A program made the translations under genes and the position numbers. Source: Mantamonas sphyraenae STR306 (taxonomy: Eukaryota; Protista; CRuMs). From it: a stretch of DNA of 64,000 bases. Position 1 is the stretch's first letter, and every line of letters starts with the position of its first letter. The notes below the pieces were generated by a model. That model did no database searches. It saw nothing but the letters and a program-made list of their open reading frames with translations, and was not told the DNA's origin. The stretch lies in assembly GCA_026936335.1 (NCBI GenBank), contig JAPMXV010000006.1, positions 62,001-126,000 on the forward strand. The letters run 5' to 3'. This document shows positions 56,993-64,000 of this stretch, one piece after another.

Positions 56993-57880
56993 TCACAGCT
57001 TGGCCTTCAATTTGAGCAGCTTCTCTGGCAGAAGCAGCGACCGGCATTCAACTGAGCGCCGGTTCGGCTTGGCCACACGCGAAACGGCTGCGTGGGGAGT
57101 GCCCAGTGTGTCGAATATCACTGCTTCCTTTCTGTCTTGTAGCTCAGGGCACAACCATCTTTGCTGGTCTGCGTGCTTGATGCCGACTGCACGGAAGTGG
57201 GAGCCATCCTGCCTCGGCGCAGAATACTGCTGCCTGTCGTCATCCACAATCGTGTCAGGGTGGATGAAACACAATGGAAAGTCTTTTCCACGTGATAGTG
57301 GCACCCAAATGTTCACAAGTTGGCTGTGGGCAAGCAGAGCGTCGTCTATGTCAGCGGCTGCTCGCCAGCCAAAGCGCTCGATGAGGTCCTTCAAGGCCAC
57401 GTCACGTGGAAAGTCCTGGTGAGCAACCACGATGGGCGTGAATTTGCTTGTGCGTGCTGTGTGCCGGACGATGAGGTCGAGTGGGATGCACACAAGGTTT
57501 TGGCCGTGGTTTGCGCAAAAGTGGATCTGCACGTCTCGTGCCATCGCTCTGTGCAGCGGTGCGCGGATCGTCCGACCAGGATATCCCTTGCGACACCGTT
57601 CTGCGATGGTTTGAAAGTGTGTGGACAGCTGAAGGCGTTCAAACCCGTCTTCAGCGAGAGTTGTCCTGATTTCGGGGCCGAGGAATTCGACTTGGACTGT
57701 CCGCTGAACGAGCTGATCTGACGATCGAGAGGCGTAGAAACTCTTTGCATCGACGGCAGGTAGGCTTTCCTGTCCATTGTGAACTGGAATGGTGCTGCTA
57801 CTGCTGTCGTCGGCGTCTGTGGGTTGCCGAGAGCACAGAAACCACACGTCGGCGCTCTCTGTCCAGCGTCCCGACCACAT
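56993..57880 (-). CDS. CmcJ/AsaB/NvfI-like oxidoreductase; start uncertain
   Basis: LAEDGF, AHQDF (HxD), VNIWVPL..DFPL, H...QRW, IFDT..TPHAA, RRSVECR pattern. Confidence 0.65.
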   Translation of the reverse strand: MWSGRWTESADVWFLCSRQPTDADDSSSSTIPVHNGQESLPAVDAKSFYASRSSDQLVQRTVQVEFLGPEIRTTLAEDGFERLQLSTHFQTIAERCRKGYPGRTIRAPLHRAMARDVQIHFCANHGQNLVCIPLDLIVRHTARTSKFTPIVVAHQDFPRDVALKDLIERFGWRAAADIDDALLAHSQLVNIWVPLSRGKDFPLCFIHPDTIVDDDRQQYSAPRQDGSHFRAVGIKHADQQRWLCPELQDRKEAVIFDTLGTPHAAVSRVAKPNRRSVECRSLLLPEKLLKLKAKL

Positions 57881-57997
57881 GGAAGAGATGGCAGTGTCAA
57901 CAGAATCGAGCTGGCTTGTTTGCAGGGTACGTCCGTAGGCTGGAAGCAGCGATGTGTGCGCTGGCGCAGGTCTGGCACCAGCGGAACCATCGAATCG

Positions 57998-60900
57998 ATG
58001 TCGTGGCTGTTTGGAGGCAAAAAGAAGCAGCAACAGAACGAATTGGAGGCTGCAGAACGAGCGGCGCAAGAAGCCAGGGCCAAGATGCGGGCCGAAGCGG
58101 CCTCTAAGCAGGCAGCGGAGGAAGTTCCAGCGGCAAACAACGCAGGCGGAGGCCCAGGGATGTTTGGTGGATTGAACGTGAAGGAGCAAGAAGGAGAGTC
58201 AACAAAGAGCACACAGAGTGGAGGCGGAGGGCCGGGGATGTTTGGCGGACTGGAGGTGCAACAGGAGAGCAGTGCAGGGAGCGGAGGCCCCGGCCTGTTT
58301 GGAGGACTCAATGTGGACAGCCAGGGAGGAGACCTGGGAGGGGACGGTGACGCGGGAGTCAGCACCGGAGGCGGAGTGAGCATGTTTGACGATCTTCAGG
58401 TAAAGCCGGGCCGTAGCAGTTCGACCATTTCGGCCGGCGATTCGCTTTCCGGACTGGACCTGACGAGCGTAGGCGGAGATCTGGGCTCCTCAGAAGCGAC
58501 ACAGGACGGCGCAGACCTGGGTGCAACGGGAGGCAGCGCGTTTTCTTTCATGAGCAACAGCACAGGTAAGGGGAGGGAGTGGAAGAGACGAGAGGGAATT
58601 GGCAACCGGCATCCACTTAGTTGACACGGAACCGCCCCACGCACAGCCACGACGAGCACTGCAGACGGCGAAGAGGAGAGCAGCAAGGATGAAGAGGACA
58701 CGCAAGAGCAACAGGGCGACGAGAGCGAGGGAACACAGACCTCGTTGGCAGGCACACCGAAGCGCGTGTTTGGACGCAAGAACCGAACTGGTGGTGAGTT
58801 GGTGCGAATTGCCCCGGAAAGCGACAAACGGCACAATGGCTGACTCCGACCGGCGTCCATGTGACCCATGTGCGGGGAAATGTATGTGCATTGCAGGAGC
58901 TGGTGGGTCTGGAGGAGCTCAGCCGAGGTCGCCCGGACCACGGGCGCGTGCAGGCGGCGGCCGCAAGAAGAAAAAGTCGTTTGGCACGCTGCGACCAGGC
59001 CAAGCTGCAGAGGAGGAAGACGGTGAGGAGGAAGAGAACGCAGTGAGCACTCCCAAGCCACGCACGCCTGCAGGAGGACGCAAGAAGCGCCCAACTGGGC
59101 CTCAGCCGGGAGTCAGCGAAGATCTTGACCCAGAAGCGGTGCAAGGGCCACAGCGGAGCGATGCACAGGCAACCACCGACCCTACGGCCGCACAGCAGAG
59201 TGTATCGCGTGAGGGCACAGAGCAAACGGAGCAAAGCACGGTGGCTGAGGAAAGCCAGCAACAACAAGTGCAACAGCAGACGCAAGGTGCAGGCGAGGTG
59301 GACGCTGTGCAGGCGGTACTCGATGAACATCAGGCTCGTATCCAGGAGCTGAGCGACAGAGTGGCCACACACCAGCGCAACAAACAGGCGTTGTTGAGCG
59401 AACGGGAGGGGTGCGAACGCAAGGTGCGCGAAACGCTGGAACATATCAGCCAGCTACAGGTGGACATGACGGTGGCAGGCGAAAAGGAACAGTACGAGGT
59501 TGCTGATGCGCTTTCGCAGGACATTGAGGCCTTGCGTAGCGAGCTGGAGGCGTTGGACAAACAGGTTGTTGCGCTGGATGAGCAGTGTGCACAAATCGAC
59601 GACGACCAGAGCGAGCTGTACATGCAAGAGACGGCCATCCGGCAGTCGATGTACGAGCAGTTGAGTGGCCTGGTTGGGAGCAAGCAGGAGGAACTGCAGG
59701 AGTTCCGCACCACGGCGTACTTGCAGGTCGAGGAGGAGCTGGAACAGGTGGACGCGGAACTCGAGCTGCTTGACCGAGATTTTGAACACGTTCGCGTGGA
59801 TTTGGCGGAACTGAAGAAGGACGAGGACGAGATGCAGGCTGTGATCGACGAAGACACGAAGGATATCCGCGAGGAGAAGCAGGGACACATTGCATCCAAG
59901 TATGCGCTGGAAATGGAAATAGAGGCGCTGCTGAGGCAGCTGGAAGAGAAACGCGGCGAGCAGGCTTCGTTGGACGAGGAGATTGCCAAGCTGGACGCAC
60001 AGATCGACGAGGCGCGCAAAAAGTACAGCAAGGAACTGCGCAAGCTGGAACGACGTGCAGAGGCTCTCAAGACAAAGGAGCTGGAGCACGACGAGGCCAA
60101 GCAGGCGTTGATTCGCGAAAAGAACCTCGTGGAAGACGAGACGGAGCGGATTCGCAAGCAAGAGGAGGAGATTGTTGCCAGCGCAAGCAGGATGCAGCTG
60201 GAGATGGAGCGTGCACAGATCCGCAACAAGCAGCTGAAGCAGTTGGAACGCCAGATCGAGGAGTACCGCAAGGCAAGCAAGCATGTGCTGAAGTTGGAGG
60301 AGAGCAACCGGCGCCGATTGAAACGAGTGCGCCAAGCAGCAGCGGAGGTGGAGGGTGACGTGAGCATGTTGACAGAGTCGCTGCTGCAACTGAGCAGCCA
60401 GAAGAAGGATCTGACAAAGGAGCAGGCGGAGCTGGAGACATCGCTGAAGGAGGCCGAAAAGAGCAAAAAGCTGGCTGCAAAAGCACGCAAGTACCGCGAG
60501 GCGGCAGACCTGGCGAAAGAGATCGAGGCGGGTCAAGAGCGACAAAAGGAAATCGAGGCCGATCTGGTCTCGCTGGAGCAGGAGGTCGAACGGACGACGG
60601 CGCGTTTCGAGGAGCAAGAAAGGGAGCTGCAGGAGGTGCAATCGCAGGTGGGTGAGAGTGAGCGTGCAATGGAGCTGCACACGGCGCGTAAGTTGCGTCA
60701 ACGAGTGCAGCAGCTGGCGCTGCAGCTGGAGCTTGCCGACAAGGCTCCCGAGGATCTGATTGGCCACTTGCCGCGGAAGAGCGAGCTGCAAACAGCCAAG
60801 GCTTCGCGCGAGGCGGAGCTGCAGGCGCTGCGCAGCAAGCTGGGCCTGAACGATGATGAGCCGGAAGTGGAGTTTTGGGAAAAGGTGCATCCGCCCGAGG

Positions 60901-62543
60901 TTGTGTTTGTGCAACAGCAGGTGGAGGCGGAGGAGCTTGCCTCTGCGCGGGTGGAAGAAATGGACGTTGCCAACATGGGTGCGTCGACGACAAGTGGAGA
61001 CGACTCGGTGTTGATGTCACCGGTGGGCGAGCTGGACGTGAGCACGGTGGAGGAGCTCGAGGCGGCAGCCGGAGGAGACCAGAGCGTAGAGGCGCTGGAG
61101 GAGGAAATTGAAGGAGTGGTAGCACGCATGGCCACGCTCCAGGAACAGCTGGATGCGCTGAATGCAGAGATGGAAGCGGCAGCAGAGGTGGACGACTTTG
61201 AAAAGGCGGCGGCGCTGGAAAGCGGCCCGTTCCGCGCTGCAGAAGCAAGCATGCAGACGCTGCAGGAGCTGAAGGGATCTCTGGAGGCACGCGTGGCGGA
61301 GAAGAAGGCGGCAGCGGAGGAGGAAGAACGAGCAGCGCAGGAGCAGGCGGAGGCAGAGGAGCAAGCACGCGCTGCAGCCGAGGCCAAGGCCGCGGCGGAA
61401 GAGGAAGAGGCACGCAAGCAAAAGATGGAAGATGCCCTTTCCAGGGAGGGTGTTGTGCAACGTGCCAACAAACTGCGCGCAGCAGTTGAGGAGGCAGAAG
61501 CGCTTGCGGACCAGGCAGCTGAGAAGGAGGACTACGATGCGGCGGCGGAGCATGCTGCAAACGCAGATGCCCTCAAGGAGGAGCTGGTGCAGGTGGAAGC
61601 GCTGGAGGCAGAGTGCAAGCAGCGTCAAGACACGCTGCAAATGGAAATGGCAGAAAAGGATGCCGCCATCGAAGATGCGGCGGACGAGGAGGACTTTGAA
61701 CTTGCAGATAGCCTGCAGCAAGAACTGGATGCCATGGTGGAGGAGTATAACAAGCTGACGGCGATGCTGGAGGGAACCAGTGAAGGCGAGGAGACCGGGG
61801 GCGAAGCCTCAAGTGGCCCCGGCCTCTTTGGCGGCCTGCAGACCAACGGTGCAGGCGATGAGGAGCAGCAGGAGCAGGCGGAGGAGGCATCCAGTGGCCC
61901 CGGCCTCTTTGGCGGTCTGCAAACCAACGATGCAAACGATGAGGAGCAGCAGGAACAGCCCGAGGAGACACCGTCTTCCCCAGGTGGCCCTGGCCTCTTT
62001 GGCGGTCTGCAGACGGGTGTTACAGGCGACGAGGAGCAGCAGGAGCAGGCGGAGGAGGCATCCAGTGGCCCCGGCCTCTTTGGCGGCCTGCAGACCAACG
62101 ATGCAAACGATGAGGAGCAGCAGGAACAGCCCGAGGAGACACCGTCTTCCCCAGGTGGCCCTGGCCTCTTTGGCGGCCTGCAGACGGGTGTTACAGGCGA
62201 CGAGGAGCAGCAGGAGCAGCCCGAGGAGACACCGTCTTCCCCAGGTGGCCCTGGCCTCTTTGGCGGCCTGCAGACGGGTGTTACAGGCGACGAGGAGCAG
62301 CAGGAGCAGCCCGAGGAGACACCGTCTTCCCCAGGTGGCCCTGGCCTCTTTGGTGGTCTGCAGACGGGTGATGCAGGCGACGAGGAGCAGCAGGAGCAGG
62401 GGGAGCAGGCATCCAGTGGCCCTGGCCTCTTTGGCGGCCTGCAGACCAACGATGCAAACGATGAGGAGCAGCAAGAACAGGCGGAGGAGGCACCACCATC
62501 GCCTGGTGGCCCTGGCCTTTTTGGCGGCCTGACAACCGAATGA
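57998..62543 (+). CDS. Long acidic coiled-coil protein with several UVR-like motifs and terminal G[LM]FGGL repeats; exons 57998-58565, 58647-58793, 58897-62543
   Basis: UVR-like EKEQYEVADAL, ARKYREAADL, EVDDFEKAAAL, EKEDYDAAA, DEEDFELADSL. Two phase-1 GT-AG introns join the ORFs. Confidence 0.8.
61810..62535 (+). repeat. Coding tandem repeats (~75-90 bp units) encoding SSGPGLFGGLQT...DEEQQEQ
   Basis: About ten near-identical copies of ggccc(c/t)ggcctctttggcggcctgcagac. Confidence 0.92.
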
Positions 62544-62596
62544 AATCCAATCTCGATTAATTGATTTGTTCCTCTCATTCCCTCCCTTCCCCTCAT

Positions 62597-64000
62597 TCAC
62601 CCATGCACAGGAATCGCCATCTCCTCCTTCACTTCAGCCTGTTCGTGCTGCAACGCAAACGCAAAGAACGCGTCCACCTGCGCCTCTACAGCCTCCTTCA
62701 CCCATGATCTCTCCGCGCCGCTGCTCCCATGCAGCAGCTCTGCCGCTTCGCTACTGCGGAACATCGATTCCAGATCCTCTTCCTCCTCGTCCTCGCTCGG
62801 GATCGACTCGACATCGCTCACGTCATCGTCTTCTTCCGCTTCCTGCTGTTCCACCTCCTCGTCGTCCTCACCCACTTCCACCTCCACCACTTCCTCTTGG
62901 TCATCCTCAAGAGTCTGAGAGACCTGGCCGTTCTCTCTGGCGCGCAGCACGTTCTCTGCTGCCAACCCCTCGTCCAACACCTGCTCAATTGGCTTCCCGT
63001 GCTCCCGAGCCAGAAGCACTTCATACCGGTGCACCACGTCGTTCACAGAGTCGAAGCGCACCTGTTGCCTTCGCGCCTTTGCTTTCGCCTTGCGCTTCAG
63101 CCGCATCGCAGGGATGAGCAGCGCTTTCATCGTCGACTTCTCCTTCGCCGTCATCCTGCTCTCGTCCACCTCGTAATCCTCATCGTCCGACTGCTCGTCC
63201 ATGTCACCACGCAGTGTGTGGTCCTCCACGTCGTCGTCCTCATCTTCTTCGTCCGACGAGTACCGAAGCAGCCGCTTCTTGTTCCTCCTACGAGTTTGGA
63301 ACTCTGCCTCCAGCAGCACATCCACCGCGGCGCGCACCTCTTCTTCCTTCTCCTGCAACAAATCCACCAGCCACAAGTGATCTCTCGTCAGCTGGTACAT
63401 GCGCGTAGACGCCTTGTCCTCCAGTCCGGTGTCCTTGCGTGGCAACGAGCTGACCCTGAGCACAAATTCGTCCATGTGTGCCTGCAACTCGTCCAGCAGC
63501 CCATTCATCGGCCGCAAATACCCAAACTTGTCCCCGTCGCCGAATCGGCGCCCTGTGGCCAGCGCCTGCACACTCTTCATCACCAGGAACAGCGCCCGCT
63601 TCTGCCCCTCATCCGGCTCTTCGTCCACCAGGCCGTGCTCCAACGGCGCATTCAGGGCTGGCACCAGCACACGCACAAACAAAAAGCCCGTCACCGCCGT
63701 GTGGCCCCTTCCTCGGTGGTACTTGTCTGTGTAACGCGCAAGAAAGTAGCATGCCCAGCGCAGACTCAAGGGCACGAGCGCCACGCTTTCAAAGATCAGC
63801 GTCAGCGTGCGCTCTGTAAACGCCATCAAATTGGCCATGTTTGCCTGTGCACTTTGTGCATCCTGCAGCCGCGAGGCTTGCACTTCCACCAGATGCGGCG
63901 ACACAAGCAGGTTCTGTACCACCGAGGCCAGCGTGGCTCGCAGGTATGAGCGGCCCACACGCTTCGCATGTGTCACCAGCACATGTGTGGCCAGGCTGTT
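62597..64000 (-). CDS. RasGAP-domain protein, C-terminal part (5' end outside window)
   Basis: NSLATH at the window edge (follows the arginine-finger FRG motif), YLRATL, GFLFVRVLVPALNAP (FLR motif variant), KSVQALA, LRPMN. Confidence 0.85.
   Translation of the reverse strand, partial: NSLATHVLVTHAKRVGRSYLRATLASVVQNLLVSPHLVEVQASRLQDAQSAQANMANLMAFTERTLTLIFESVALVPLSLRWACYFLARYTDKYHRGRGHTAVTGFLFVRVLVPALNAPLEHGLVDEEPDEGQKRALFLVMKSVQALATGRRFGDGDKFGYLRPMNGLLDELQAHMDEFVLRVSSLPRKDTGLEDKASTRMYQLTRDHLWLVDLLQEKEEEVRAAVDVLLEAEFQTRRRNKKRLLRYSSDEEDEDDDVEDHTLRGDMDEQSDDEDYEVDESRMTAKEKSTMKALLIPAMRLKRKAKAKARRQQVRFDSVNDVVHRYEVLLAREHGKPIEQVLDEGLAAENVLRARENGQVSQTLEDDQEEVVEVEVGEDDEEVEQQEAEEDDDVSDVESIPSEDEEEEDLESMFRSSEAAELLHGSSGAERSWVKEAVEAQVDAFFAFALQHEQAEVKEEMAIPVHG

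Noticed and set aside
61810-62535. Possible CRISPR array or GLFG nucleoporin
   Set aside because: The repeats are in-frame coding units without unique spacers. The acidic spacers and UVR coiled coil do not fit GLFG nucleoporins.
1-64000. tRNA, rRNA or vault RNA genes
   Set aside because: No recognisable cloverleaf, rRNA sequence or clear Pol III box A/B seen by eye; tRNAscan-SE or Infernal would be needed to exclude them.

Overview
Gene-dense, GC-rich eukaryotic (protist-like, probably flagellated) genomic window with short spliceosomal introns and many head-to-head gene pairs. Recognisable genes are RPL3, WDPCP/Fritz, MED22, a CatSper4-like channel, FAM21/WASHC2, mS37/CHCHD1, a GNAT, PSMD3/RPN3, major vault protein and a partial RasGAP. 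There is also a ~5,700-codon Cys-rich membrane protein and four Erf4/CHIC-like paralogues. The main finding is a ~6.0 kb insertion (about 44075-50081, with TA on both sides) that splits a TIP30/HTATIP2-like NAD(P)-binding gene in mid-frame. The insertion encodes one intron-containing, unusually large (~1,800 aa) Fanzor/TnpB-type protein with all three RuvC acidic residues and a zinc finger. It is followed by a strongly base-paired ~130 nt 3' tail that ends at the element boundary, as expected for an omegaRNA. No transposase is recognisable in the element. Other notable items are an EF1A-like GTPase/SAM/F-box fusion, a UVR coiled-coil protein with tepsin-type AP-4 ear-binding motifs, introns in or next to start codons, and two probable single-base assembly deletions. 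All family assignments come from motif recognition by eye; no database searches were run.
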